Source: Candidatus Latescibacterota bacterium | GTDB taxonomy: Bacteria; Latescibacterota; UBA2968 | NCBI GenBank assembly: GCA_965222605.1 | Contig: OZ244960.1 | Span: forward strand, 5,056,001 to 5,120,000 | DNA length: 64,000 nt | Reading direction: 5' to 3' | Part shown: positions 9,509-19,338 of the stretch, one piece after another | How the letters are laid out: each line of letters starts with the position of its first letter | How positions within the stretch are numbered: position 1 is the stretch's first letter | Position numbers and translations under genes: made by a program | The notes under the pieces: generated by a model | Database searches by the model: none | What the model was told of the DNA's origin: nothing | What the model saw: the letters and a program-made list of their open reading frames with translations, nothing else

Positions 9509-9769
9509 CTACCCAAATACCGATGATACCCGATGGAGATGCGTCTCACGCGGTGGTGTTAGCGAGTCCGTGCGTGCTTCCGGCGCGAGCAGCAGTTCCT
9601 TGAGGTCTGGGCTACTCATCTTCTCTAATCGTCTCCACTGGTCAATAGGGACGAGCACAGCTGTCTCCACGCCTCGCCTGGTCACAATCTGTGGCCCTTC
9701 AGCAAGGCTCGTCTTGAGTAGCTCGCTGAACCGCGCCCTGGCGTCCTGCACTTGCCATGTCTTGGTCAT
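9509..9769 (-). CDS. Type II antitoxin, Phd/YefM family
   Basis: 'MTKTWQVQDARARFSELL...GPQIVTRRG'. Lies upstream of the PIN toxin with a GGAGG RBS. Confidence 0.9.
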   Translation of the reverse strand: MTKTWQVQDARARFSELLKTSLAEGPQIVTRRGVETAVLVPIDQWRRLEKMSSPDLKELLLAPEARTDSLTPPRETHLHRVSSVFG

Positions 9770-9819
9770 ACTTCCTCCCAAAATCGGTGCCATAGTGTCT
9801 GTCTCTCACGTCCCACCTA

Positions 9820-10875
9820 TTACCTTTTATACACTTTTTTAGATAGCTGACATATCGCCTGTGCGGCTTCGTCAACATCGGATTTGGAAATGCCGATGTG
9901 TGGGATCAATCTCACCAGGTGTGCGCCGATGACGCTTACGCGCACGCCGTATTCAGTGTGCAATCGGTCGCCAAATTCTCGTGCGGAAATGCCCAATTGA
10001 GCCACGTCAAAGCGCACCATATTGGTTTCTACACCTTCGACATCAATCCCAATTCCCGGTGCTTTGGCAATACCTTTTGCCAGGCGTTTTGCATTGGCGT
10101 GGTCTTCTGCCATTCGTTCGACGTTGTGTTCTAACGCGTAAATACCAGCAGCGGCTATAATGCCTGCTTGCCGCATAGCACCTCCAATGCGCTGTTTCCA
10201 CTGCCAGGCATTGAGGATAAAATCCGAAGGTCCCGCTAACACAGCTCCCACTGGCGCGCCCAGGCCCTTGCTCAGATCGATCCACAGGGTGTCAAAAGAC
10301 TCGGCATAATCTTTTGGTGCAATGCCAGTCGCAACGGTTGCATTCAGGAGTCGTGCGCCATCCATGTGCGTCAAAGCACCTTTTTCGTGTGCCATATCGC
10401 ATACTGCGCGTATTTGTTCGAGAGGCCATATACGTCCCCCCGGCATATTTGTAGTTTGTTCGGCACAGACGAGGCGGAAGGGCGGTCTGTATCGCGTTGA
10501 CGGCACCATAACCTCTGCCATTTGCTCGGGTGTAAACATGCCATTTTTTCCATCGATAGGATATAGCGTTGCGCGAGCGAGCACCGCTGCACCACCGGCT
10601 TCTGATATGAGCGGGTGTGCGGTGCGATCCACTAAAATGAGATCTCCTGCGCGGCAGTGAACCGCATAAGAAATCTGATTGCACATTGTTCCTGATGGCA
10701 AAAAAAGAGCCGCCTCTTTGCCCAGCATCTCGGCGACCATATCCTGTAGGGCATTCACCGATGGGTCTTCGCCCTTTTGCTCATCACCCACTTCTGCCCG
10801 ACACATAAATTCGCGCATCGCTTGCGTTGGCACAGTGGATGTATCGCTGTAAAGATCAATTTTAATGTCAGTCAT
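9820..10875 (-). CDS. ltaE: Low-specificity L-threonine aldolase (PLP)
   Basis: 'DLYSDT', 'PSGTMCNQ', 'HMDGARL', 'SKGLGAPVG', 'GGAMRQAG'. Confidence 0.88.
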   Translation of the reverse strand: MTDIKIDLYSDTSTVPTQAMREFMCRAEVGDEQKGEDPSVNALQDMVAEMLGKEAALFLPSGTMCNQISYAVHCRAGDLILVDRTAHPLISEAGGAAVLARATLYPIDGKNGMFTPEQMAEVMVPSTRYRPPFRLVCAEQTTNMPGGRIWPLEQIRAVCDMAHEKGALTHMDGARLLNATVATGIAPKDYAESFDTLWIDLSKGLGAPVGAVLAGPSDFILNAWQWKQRIGGAMRQAGIIAAAGIYALEHNVERMAEDHANAKRLAKGIAKAPGIGIDVEGVETNMVRFDVAQLGISAREFGDRLHTEYGVRVSVIGAHLVRLIPHIGISKSDVDEAAQAICQLSKKVYKR

Positions 10876-11835
10876 TTATCTGCTTTCTCCGGGGCCAGAT
10901 TTGAAAAGATTCAGAAACCGATCTTCGTAAAATGGATAGAGGTTCCAACGGTCCAGTTCTGCTTTGAGTTCATTGGCTTTTTTTTGAAACTGATCTGTGT
11001 TTTTCACTTCGCGAAACATTTTTTCAATGCGTTTCATAACGGACTGCGGCACTTTATCCTCTTCGATCTTTCCGCCTGGAAATTCATTTTCTGGAATATC
11101 GTCCATGTGGGAAAATGTCTTTTGGATCTGCATCTCAATATCTTCCATTGTGCCTTCCATCTTTTCGGCAGCGTCGTCAATTTCCGACATATCGAGAGAA
11201 AAATTTAATAAATGTGCCAATGCCAGCACAATCTCTTTTGATGCTTTGGGATTTGGAATGGGGGCAGCATATTGCGGCATGGTTCCCAAAAAACAGGCCG
11301 CATTGAGTTCGCGTTTTTTGGCAAAGCCCAGCAACAGACCATTAAGCCCTGAGACCATCCCCTCTTTTAAGATCTCTATCTTGTGGGATGCCAGTAAATC
11401 TCGAAATTCGGTGTTGTTCGCCACCCCCAGCACCTGTGCGTCTTCTTTGTGACTGGCCTGTGTGAGATAGGCCGCGCCCGTGAGGACCGTATCGATGCCG
11501 ACCCGTTGTCCCACATCGAGAACTTTTTCCAGCAATTCATCGCCGGGTACTCCGCCTATTTGCGCTTCGCTTTGAAAAATAATCAAGTCGTGTTCTTCCA
11601 CTACATAAAATACATGGGCAGGCGGATCGGGAAAGGTCGCGATCCCATCTTCTACGATCATGGCTTCGGGCGTGAAGTGAGATTGCATGTCTATTTCTGC
11701 AAATGCGACGGCATCGAGTTTGCGGCGGATATAATCAATCGCACCAATGCCAACGCTGCCCATGCCTGGCCACCCGGCAAGCAGTACCGATGCCTGAAAG
11801 GAACGGGGCAATTCTTTCAATACGTTTAGTTTCAT
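10876..11835 (-). CDS. PAC2 (proteasome assembly chaperone 2) family protein
   Basis: 'AGWPGMGSVG', 'SGLNGLLLG', 'CFLG', 'PNPKAS' and an acidic/helical C-terminal extension. Confidence 0.8.
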   Translation of the reverse strand: MKLNVLKELPRSFQASVLLAGWPGMGSVGIGAIDYIRRKLDAVAFAEIDMQSHFTPEAMIVEDGIATFPDPPAHVFYVVEEHDLIIFQSEAQIGGVPGDELLEKVLDVGQRVGIDTVLTGAAYLTQASHKEDAQVLGVANNTEFRDLLASHKIEILKEGMVSGLNGLLLGFAKKRELNAACFLGTMPQYAAPIPNPKASKEIVLALAHLLNFSLDMSEIDDAAEKMEGTMEDIEMQIQKTFSHMDDIPENEFPGGKIEEDKVPQSVMKRIEKMFREVKNTDQFQKKANELKAELDRWNLYPFYEDRFLNLFKSGPGESR

Positions 11836-11906
11836 TTTGTGACCTTTCCACAAGGGACAAAGTGTTTAAGAAATAATATCAAATTACAGGCATGAACACA
11901 ACCATA

Positions 11907-12998
11907 TCAATGCCCAGAATGCCATTTCTCGAGCGGATGAGAACGCTCAGAGTTTGGAAAAATAATGCGCTGTTCAGAAATTTGGGATGCGTACGCCCCG
12001 TGAATCATTTCCAGTGCCCAACGCGCATCTCGATCACTGGAAATGGGTGCGCGATCGCATTCTATAGCGTCAATCAGGTCGATAATGGCGTGATAATTTC
12101 CCGTCTCCTGCAAGTGATCACCTGCAAGGTCGAGCGCCTGCCACGCATGACCGCCTGCCCAGGGTGACCACAGGCCATCTTCGTAAATGGAAATCGCTTC
12201 CGCGCCCCCGCTTATGGCGATCCGGCCAGATTCTCCGACCAGCACCAGCCCGTAGCCCTGTCCCTTTCCCGCTTGATTGGCCCGCGAGACAAATGAGCCA
12301 TCCACGCCATCGCCAAAAGAAAACAGGCTGACCACGCCATCGCCCGCCATCGCGCCAATTGGCTCTGTGGCTTCCCGCACATCCTCGGGTGCGATTTCGC
12401 GGTTTCCAACTGTCACACGCGCTGTCATCCACAGGGGATCGCCACCAAAAAAACGCATCATATTGAAGAGATGTGTACCCAACACCAGCATGTCTTCGCC
12501 GCCTCCCCGATGGTCTTGTTTGCCATACGCATGCATGGATAGGAGTTTTCCAATTCGATTCTCTCGTAGTAGATCGCGCACTTGATGTACTTGTTTGAGG
12601 TAAACAGCTTGATGCGCTACGGCAACTTTGCGGTTGTGCTGTTCGGCGGCAGCCACGATGCGGTCTGCGGATGCGAGGTCGCTTGCAAGTGGTTTTTCCG
12701 AATAGACATGGCAGCCAGCTTCGATACACGCCACGATCATTTCTTCGTGACAATCGACCCACCGGGGGCACACGCTGACAATATCGAGGTCTTCTTTTTG
12801 AAGCATATCGCGATAGTCAGCATACCCTCGCTGGGCTCCGGCATCTGCGATAGCCTTTTCTCTTCCAACTGCGTCTGGATCGGATACAGCGATCATATCA
12901 ATACAATCGATTTTTTGATAGGGCACATGCAAACCATGTCCAAAATTGCCCTGCCCGGTCCGACCGATAGCACCGGCGCGATAGCGTTTTGCTGCCAT
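11907..12998 (-). CDS. Gfo/Idh/MocA family oxidoreductase
   Basis: 'GAIGRTGQGNFGHG', 'HVYSEKP', 'GGGEDMLVLGTH'. Confidence 0.9.
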   Translation of the reverse strand: MAAKRYRAGAIGRTGQGNFGHGLHVPYQKIDCIDMIAVSDPDAVGREKAIADAGAQRGYADYRDMLQKEDLDIVSVCPRWVDCHEEMIVACIEAGCHVYSEKPLASDLASADRIVAAAEQHNRKVAVAHQAVYLKQVHQVRDLLRENRIGKLLSMHAYGKQDHRGGGEDMLVLGTHLFNMMRFFGGDPLWMTARVTVGNREIAPEDVREATEPIGAMAGDGVVSLFSFGDGVDGSFVSRANQAGKGQGYGLVLVGESGRIAISGGAEAISIYEDGLWSPWAGGHAWQALDLAGDHLQETGNYHAIIDLIDAIECDRAPISSDRDARWALEMIHGAYASQISEQRIIFPNSERSHPLEKWHSGH

Positions 12999-13009
12999 TG
13001 TGACTCCTT

Positions 13010-14050
13010 TTAGGGTAAAAATACAACGCCCAACGCAGCGTTGGGATTCTGGATGAGTTCTTCACATGCTACAGGTGCGTCATCTAATGCAACCCGATGT
13101 GTAATGAGGGGAGCTACTTCTAAGTGCCCAGAATCCATAAAGCGCAAGCATTCTTCTAAATTCCGCTTCGTTGTCCACTGCATGAAAACGGGTGGATAAT
13201 CCGCGCCGTGTTCCCATTCCTCGTCGTGATAGCCCGGTCCTGTGCGCGCGGCACTGCGTACATCCAGATTGCCCAGTGCGGCTGCAAAACCGTGTTCTAT
13301 TCGCGCACCGCCCACTATGACAATGCGCCCCATCAAGTGCGTGTCGGGGGCTTTTTTGATCATTTTGTTAAGCGTGATAAAGGCAGGCGTGCCATCGCCA
13401 CCAAAAGCAATTACACCGCCATCGATCCCATAACCGCGCGTAAAAGTATGAGATACTTCAACCGGGTCTTCCTCTGTAATATTGACCCCGCGCAACAAGC
13501 CGCATGTCGCGGCTTTTTTTAGACGCATGGGCAATTGGTCCAGGCCTATCACATAACATCCCGAAATGCGCGCCCACTGGCAGGTAAATTGCCCCACAAG
13601 CCCCAGACCCGCCACGGCAATGTGTTCGCTGAGTTGAAATGCACCGCGTCGCACGGCATTTAAGGCGGTTGCGACCAGATGAATAGACGCGGCATCTTCA
13701 TCGCTGACACCATCGGGAATGGGTACCGCCATATTGCGTGGCACACAGGCATGGGTCGCATGTTGGGCATATCCGCCCCCCATACAGGCCACGCGCGTTC
13801 CAAGCGGTATGTCTTCACACCCTGCGCCTTGCGCCACGACCACGCCAGCATTGGAATACCCAAATGGGCGAGGGGCGGCATCTGATGGGTTCTCTCGTCG
13901 CCTTTTTACCCCACCCAACTCTGTGCCGGGGCTGACCATGCTCGCCGTGACTTCTATTTGAACCTGGCCTGGCTTCGGGGCTGCTACCGGTTCTTCAAGG
14001 ACCGAAATTCGGCCTTGGCCGTCAATTGCTGCTACTTTTCGCATTGCCAT
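13010..14050 (-). CDS. MDR superfamily dehydrogenase lacking canonical Zn ligands
   Basis: 'SMVSPGTEL', 'GYSNAG', NAD motif 'GLGLVGQ', 'PLITHR'. Confidence 0.85.
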   Translation of the reverse strand: MAMRKVAAIDGQGRISVLEEPVAAPKPGQVQIEVTASMVSPGTELGGVKRRRENPSDAAPRPFGYSNAGVVVAQGAGCEDIPLGTRVACMGGGYAQHATHACVPRNMAVPIPDGVSDEDAASIHLVATALNAVRRGAFQLSEHIAVAGLGLVGQFTCQWARISGCYVIGLDQLPMRLKKAATCGLLRGVNITEEDPVEVSHTFTRGYGIDGGVIAFGGDGTPAFITLNKMIKKAPDTHLMGRIVIVGGARIEHGFAAALGNLDVRSAARTGPGYHDEEWEHGADYPPVFMQWTTKRNLEECLRFMDSGHLEVAPLITHRVALDDAPVACEELIQNPNAALGVVFLP

Positions 14051-14058
14051 TAGTGTCC

Positions 14059-14850
14059 TCACATTGCTACAATTTGTTTCATGCGTTTTGCCATCTCGAT
14101 TTGCACGTCTCGGTCGCCACCTACTTCGTGGATGACATATCGGTCATAGCCAATATCGCGCAACCCCTTCATGACTTCTGCCCAATCCGTATCCCCATCC
14201 ATCAGCGGTACAAAATTGCGTTTTTGACGAACAAAGTCCTTAAAATGCACCCGTTTAATCCGGTGTTGAAGCCCGCGAATCCAGTGCTCTGGATAGCCGT
14301 AAAACATCATATTGGCCGTATCGAGATAGATCCCGACCCAATCGCTACCCACGGCATCGACAAATTCGCGCGCTTCTTTTGGATTGAGCAAGAACTTATT
14401 CCACACATTTTCTATGCCCACTGCAACGCCTTTTTCCTCGGCATAAGGCGCGATATCTTTCATCGAGACCAGAAAATCATCCCATGCGTCTTCATAGGTA
14501 CCGTCAACCGGGAGTTGGCCCGGATGGAGTAAGACTGCATCGGTCTCGACCAGATGCGCCACGTCAATGGCGCGGCGCAAGCTCTTCATGCCGGCTTCGC
14601 GCTCTGCCGGGTCTCGGCTGAGAAAATTGCCCCGATTATCATATCTGGCAAGCGCACTGCTGATTTCAATGCCCGCATCGTCACACCGTTTTTTGACACC
14701 GCGGACTTCGTCGTCACTCATATCTACATTTGGATCACCTTCTGGTGAAAATACCAGTTCGAGTGCCTCGTAACCCGCATCGCGGCACAACTGCAATGTT
14801 TCATCCAGTGTCAGTTTTCCCAGGATAATTTGCGTTACCCCAATCTTCAT
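14059..14850 (-). CDS. Sugar phosphate isomerase/epimerase (TIM barrel, hexulose-phosphate epimerase-like)
   Basis: 'IENVWNKFL', 'YLDTAN', 'VHFKDF', 'GDTDW'. Confidence 0.85.
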   Translation of the reverse strand: MKIGVTQIILGKLTLDETLQLCRDAGYEALELVFSPEGDPNVDMSDDEVRGVKKRCDDAGIEISSALARYDNRGNFLSRDPAEREAGMKSLRRAIDVAHLVETDAVLLHPGQLPVDGTYEDAWDDFLVSMKDIAPYAEEKGVAVGIENVWNKFLLNPKEAREFVDAVGSDWVGIYLDTANMMFYGYPEHWIRGLQHRIKRVHFKDFVRQKRNFVPLMDGDTDWAEVMKGLRDIGYDRYVIHEVGGDRDVQIEMAKRMKQIVAM

Positions 14851-14967
14851 CACAGGCCTCCATCTCCTTTAGAATAAATCAGAAACTACGGTGTTTCGTT
14901 GCATACACCAATCGTTTCGCTGCCATGTATCAATGAAAAAAATACAGGTGCGATCTGACCGAATTTT

Positions 14968-16638
14968 CTAATGTCTCGCTTCTTCCTTTGTATTCATCTG
15001 TTCCAACTCTTCGGCGATTTCGTCCATCAGGACAGCCAGTTCCAGGACATTTTCGCTCGTGATCGAGCCGAGAAATTTGCCTGAGTCTCTATCCATGACC
15101 GGTATCACGGACAGCGAATGATCCGTCATGCGCTTCAGCACGTCTTCAATTGGCTCATCGGGCTGGGCCTGTGGCGGATCTGTGCGCAACACATTGCGAA
15201 GTGGCGTGTTTGCCCTTAATCGCATGGGCATGGCTTGTAGGCGGGGCAGCGAGATGATACCTTCGACAGTGCCTTGATCAACCACGAGGTAATCCTGTTG
15301 TTTCGGCACGGTCCAGTAATCGACAAAATTCTTGGCCGAGAGTGCTGAGTTGGGATAGGTGCGTGTTTTGTCCATGACGTGGTTGACGGTAATGTCCTCC
15401 AACGCGCGGCGGGCAAAAGAATGCGGCACAGCATCGGGCAGCTTAGGTCGGTGCAATTTCTTGGCTTTGTTGACCGCGAAGTCGATTGCCTGGGGCATCA
15501 GCACAATGTAGCCGAACATCATCAGCACGAATAGTGAGAAGATATCCTGCCCGATCACGCCGCTCTCGAAGAGGACAAGGAGGAGAGCAATCTCCGCCAC
15601 GCCCTTTGCCATCAGTCCCGTGGCCTGGGCGAGGGGATTATCCAGACGAGCCACATAGGTACCGATGAAGGCACCGGCGAATTTGCCTAACGACGGGAAC
15701 ACGACCAATGCGACGATGGTCACTATCGGCAAGGATGTAAAGGACAGGTCCAGGTGAAGGCCAGCCGAGGCGAAGAAGAGAGGAACAAACAAACCCTCTG
15801 CCGCGCTCCGCAGACCGGGCATGACGTCTTCATATACCTGACGGGGCAGACCCGATAGGGCAGCACCGAAAAGCAGTGCGCCAATGGAGCCGTGCAGGTG
15901 GATTTTCTCGGCCCCCACCACCATCAGGAAAAGTCCACCGATTAGCAGTCCAAATGACAATTCGGGTACATTCAAAATGCGCTGCAAGAAGACAATCGCA
16001 TGCGGCAGAATCCTCGCCGATAGGAACCACGCTACCACTGCGAAACCCGCTATCTGCATCAGCAGAAGGAGCACGCTGGCAACACTCAGTTCGTATTCGT
16101 GCGTGCCAATTTCGCTGATGGAGAACCCGACCACGAGCAGGGCGAGCAACTCGGCGATGATCACTGTGGTGAAGATCTCGAGGCCGATGGGTTCTTTGAA
16201 ATGCCCTTTATCGGCGAGCACCTTTGCCACAAGTCCCAGACTGGACAGCGACAGGATGCCGGCCAGAGCCAGTGCCTCTGTGAAATCGAGGTTGAGGGCG
16301 AAACTGATTTCAAAAAAGTTAGACGTGAGAACCAGAGCGGTGAGCAGTGAAATGAGCACCGACAGGGTCGCTGCGACAAAAAACCGCCCGCGAATTGTCG
16401 CCACAAAGCTCGGTATGTCGATCTCGTCCAGACCAACCAAAAAAAAGAAGACGAAGATGCCGATGCCTAAGAAGGTTTGAAGTTCGTGTGTTGGTTCAAC
16501 TATATTCGTGACAGGACCGAGCAGGGTACCGGTTATTGTATAGGCGACGATTGAATTTAAGCCAAAACGTTTAAATATGCCCTCAAAGAGCTTGCCCACG
16601 ACAATGAGCAGCCCGAGGGGCAACAGGGCGTCAATCAT
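14968..16638 (-). CDS. Cation:proton antiporter (CPA2) with C-terminal CBS pair
   Basis: About 12 hydrophobic segments, 'FVPLFFASAG', 'GKFAG', and a CBS-like C-terminus ('IPVMD...FLGSIT'). The start could also be 16671. Confidence 0.85.
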   Translation of the reverse strand: MIDALLPLGLLIVVGKLFEGIFKRFGLNSIVAYTITGTLLGPVTNIVEPTHELQTFLGIGIFVFFFLVGLDEIDIPSFVATIRGRFFVAATLSVLISLLTALVLTSNFFEISFALNLDFTEALALAGILSLSSLGLVAKVLADKGHFKEPIGLEIFTTVIIAELLALLVVGFSISEIGTHEYELSVASVLLLLMQIAGFAVVAWFLSARILPHAIVFLQRILNVPELSFGLLIGGLFLMVVGAEKIHLHGSIGALLFGAALSGLPRQVYEDVMPGLRSAAEGLFVPLFFASAGLHLDLSFTSLPIVTIVALVVFPSLGKFAGAFIGTYVARLDNPLAQATGLMAKGVAEIALLLVLFESGVIGQDIFSLFVLMMFGYIVLMPQAIDFAVNKAKKLHRPKLPDAVPHSFARRALEDITVNHVMDKTRTYPNSALSAKNFVDYWTVPKQQDYLVVDQGTVEGIISLPRLQAMPMRLRANTPLRNVLRTDPPQAQPDEPIEDVLKRMTDHSLSVIPVMDRDSGKFLGSITSENVLELAVLMDEIAEELEQMNTKEEARH

Positions 16639-16781
16639 GCATAGGGTCTCATATTTTTTTTGGTTTAGCATCCCGGGGTGGTTTGCCGGCGAATTATATA
16701 CAGGTATTTAATATGAAAATAAACCGCCCCCCAAAAAAAGCAAGCCTTTCTCACGCCCTTTGTCCCGTGTTTATATAATAC

Positions 16782-16810
16782 TTGACAAGGTGCTGTTTTT
16801 TCGCTATCAC
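16782..16810 (+). promoter_or_regulatory. Putative sigma70 promoter
   Basis: TTGACA-17 nt-TATCAC upstream of the sugar-binding lipoprotein gene. Confidence 0.55.
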
Positions 16811-16876
16811 ATCGCCTTGTTCATTTTGTTTGCAGACCGTCAATACATATCACACAATAACTCTGGAGATTATGCT

Positions 16877-18181
16877 ATGAAGTATATTCTGTTTGGCCTG
16901 ATATTTCTCATCACAGGCTGTAAGCCCGCTGAGTCCCCTACACCGGCAAAGCGCTCTATCACAATATGGTGGGCACAGTGGGATCCCGCGGATGGACTTC
17001 AGGAACTGGGCAATAAATTTGAACGGGAAACGGGTATTGCCGTTAAAGTCCACCAGATTCCCTGGCCGTCTTATCAGGATCAGGTCTTTCTCAATTTTGG
17101 CAATAACAAAACGGATTTTGATATCGTGATTGGCGATAGTCAGTGGATTGGGCGCGGTGCGACGCGCGGTCTTTACGTCGATCTGACCGACTGGTTGCCC
17201 ACGGCGATTGACATTGGCAAAATTCATCCCCGCGCTGCGCGTTATTTGTGCGAATATCCGCCCGGTGGTGGCAAATTCTACGCTGCGCCATGCGAGACCG
17301 ATGCCGTTGGATTTGTCTATCGCAAAGACTGGTTTGAAGACTCCGCTGAGCAAGCGGCATTCAAACAGAAATACGGGCGCGATCTGACCATTCCCGATGA
17401 CTGGGATGAATTCCGCGACCTGGCTGAATTTTTTCATCGTCCCGATCAAAAACAATACGGCTGCGCTCTGCTCACCGGGCGAGGGTATGATTCGATGACG
17501 ATGGGCTTTCAGATGTTTATGTGGGGTTTTGGCGGCTCGTGGGGTGAGTTTGGCGAATTTGCGGTGGATGGACATGTCAATAAACCCGAAGTGGCAAAAG
17601 CTCTTGCGTATCTCAAAGAGTTGCTACAATACGGTCCCAATGGCGCGACCAATTTCGACTATGGTAAGACCTTTGAAGCCTTTATCAATGGTTCGACGGC
17701 CATGAGCATGAACTATTTTGCCTTTTATCCCGGTATTGTGAAACAGATGGGGGATAAGGCGGGGTTTTTCATGGTACCCAAAGCTGGCGATAAGCGCGTG
17801 GTGAGTCTGGGGGGGCAGGGGTTCAGCATTTCTACCAAAACATCCGCAGAGCAACAGGAACTGGCTAAGAAATTTATCGCGTGGTTCCTGCAAACCGATA
17901 TTCAAAAAGAATGGATTACCAAAGATGCCGGATTTACCGCCAATACGGATATTCTCAATAGCGAAGAATTTCGAAATGCGTCTCCGTACAACCGCGCTTT
18001 TGCAGAATCGCTCGATTATCTTCAGGATTTTTGGAATGCGCCTGTTTACAACGAGTTGCTCGCGGTTTCACAGCGCTATTTGGGCGAAGCGATTGACGGG
18101 GTTACGCCTGCGCAGGAAGCACTCGACAAAATTGCAGCCGAACACGAGCAGATTTTCAAAGATGCCGGTTTGTTGAAATAA
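16877..18181 (+). CDS. ABC transporter sugar-binding lipoprotein (SBP family 1)
   Basis: Lipobox 'LITGC', 'FVYRKDWF', 'PDDWDEF', 'LGGQGFSI'. ATG at 16877 after GGAG. Confidence 0.9.
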   Translation: MKYILFGLIFLITGCKPAESPTPAKRSITIWWAQWDPADGLQELGNKFERETGIAVKVHQIPWPSYQDQVFLNFGNNKTDFDIVIGDSQWIGRGATRGLYVDLTDWLPTAIDIGKIHPRAARYLCEYPPGGGKFYAAPCETDAVGFVYRKDWFEDSAEQAAFKQKYGRDLTIPDDWDEFRDLAEFFHRPDQKQYGCALLTGRGYDSMTMGFQMFMWGFGGSWGEFGEFAVDGHVNKPEVAKALAYLKELLQYGPNGATNFDYGKTFEAFINGSTAMSMNYFAFYPGIVKQMGDKAGFFMVPKAGDKRVVSLGGQGFSISTKTSAEQQELAKKFIAWFLQTDIQKEWITKDAGFTANTDILNSEEFRNASPYNRAFAESLDYLQDFWNAPVYNELLAVSQRYLGEAIDGVTPAQEALDKIAAEHEQIFKDAGLLK

Positions 18182-18231
18182 CCGAATCCCGCGATCCAAA
18201 TACATAACTCAAATAGGAAAGCACAATATCT

Positions 18232-19266
18232 ATGTCCTCTTTTAAAACGTCTGAAGATATCAAAGTGGGTGTTATCGGCTACGGCGGCGCATTCAATATG
18301 GGCCGCCAGCATCTCACGTTTATGAAAAAGGCAGGTATGACGCCTGTTGCGGTTGCAGAACTCGATGAAACGCGCTTGAAAGTCGCACGGGAAGAATTTC
18401 CCGGTATTGAGACCTATACATCTGTGTCTGCTATGCTGGACAAATCCGATGTCAACCTCGTCGTGATCATCACCCCACACAATACCCATGCCGAACTGGC
18501 ATTGCAATGCCTGCGCGCAGGTCGCCACGTCATCAGCGAAAAACCCCTGGCGATTACGACTGAGGAATGCGATGCGATGATCCGCGAATCCGCAAAGCAA
18601 AATCTCCTTCTTTCCACCTATCACAACCGCCATTGGGATGGGTGTATTCTGGAAGCTCTCGAACAAATTCACTCGCGCAAAGTTATTGGCGAGGTCTATC
18701 GCATTGAAGCCCACATAGGAGGATACAATCGACCGGGCGATTGGTGGCGCAGCAGCAAGAGTATCTCAGGAGGCATCCTCTACGATTGGGGTGTTCACCT
18801 TCTCGAATATTCGCTCCAAATCTTGCAATCGGATATTGTGGAGGTCTCCGGGTTCGCGCACGCCGGTTTCTGGGCTGATAAGACCCGCTGGCAGGCCGAT
18901 ACCAATGAAGATGAGGCCACGGCTATCGTGCGTTTCAAGGATAGGACCTGGATTAATCTCACTATGTCGAGTATCGCATCTGCGCCCCGCAAGGGCTGGC
19001 TCGAGATTACCGGGACGACCGGCACCTATACTTTTGATGGTGGTACGTACGAAATTTTGCAGATAAAAGATGGGGAAAAGGTAGTTTCCTCTGGCAAAAA
19101 TCCCAACCATCAATACGATAAATACTACGATAATATTGCCGCGCACCTCTCGACGGGCGAAGACCTGATCATCACGTCCGAATGGTCTCGCCGCCCCATT
19201 CATATTCTCGATCTTGCATGCAAAAGCGCGGCGGCAGGGCAAACGCTCAAGGCGAAGTACGCATAG
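18232..19266 (+). CDS. Gfo/Idh/MocA family oxidoreductase
   Basis: 'VGVIGYG', 'HVISEKP', 'YHNRHWD', 'GGILYDWGVH'. Confidence 0.92.
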   Translation: MSSFKTSEDIKVGVIGYGGAFNMGRQHLTFMKKAGMTPVAVAELDETRLKVAREEFPGIETYTSVSAMLDKSDVNLVVIITPHNTHAELALQCLRAGRHVISEKPLAITTEECDAMIRESAKQNLLLSTYHNRHWDGCILEALEQIHSRKVIGEVYRIEAHIGGYNRPGDWWRSSKSISGGILYDWGVHLLEYSLQILQSDIVEVSGFAHAGFWADKTRWQADTNEDEATAIVRFKDRTWINLTMSSIASAPRKGWLEITGTTGTYTFDGGTYEILQIKDGEKVVSSGKNPNHQYDKYYDNIAAHLSTGEDLIITSEWSRRPIHILDLACKSAAAGQTLKAKYA

Positions 19267-19283
19267 TACAGGCGTTACAAAAT

Positions 19284-19329
19284 AAAAAAAGCGGCCAATG
19301 TCTCTCAACACAGGCCGCTTTCTTTTTTT
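19284..19329. terminator. Bidirectional intrinsic terminator
   Basis: A-tract AAAGCGGCC ... GGCCGCTTT T-tract between convergent genes. Confidence 0.75.
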
Positions 19330-19338
19330 AGTACTGGA

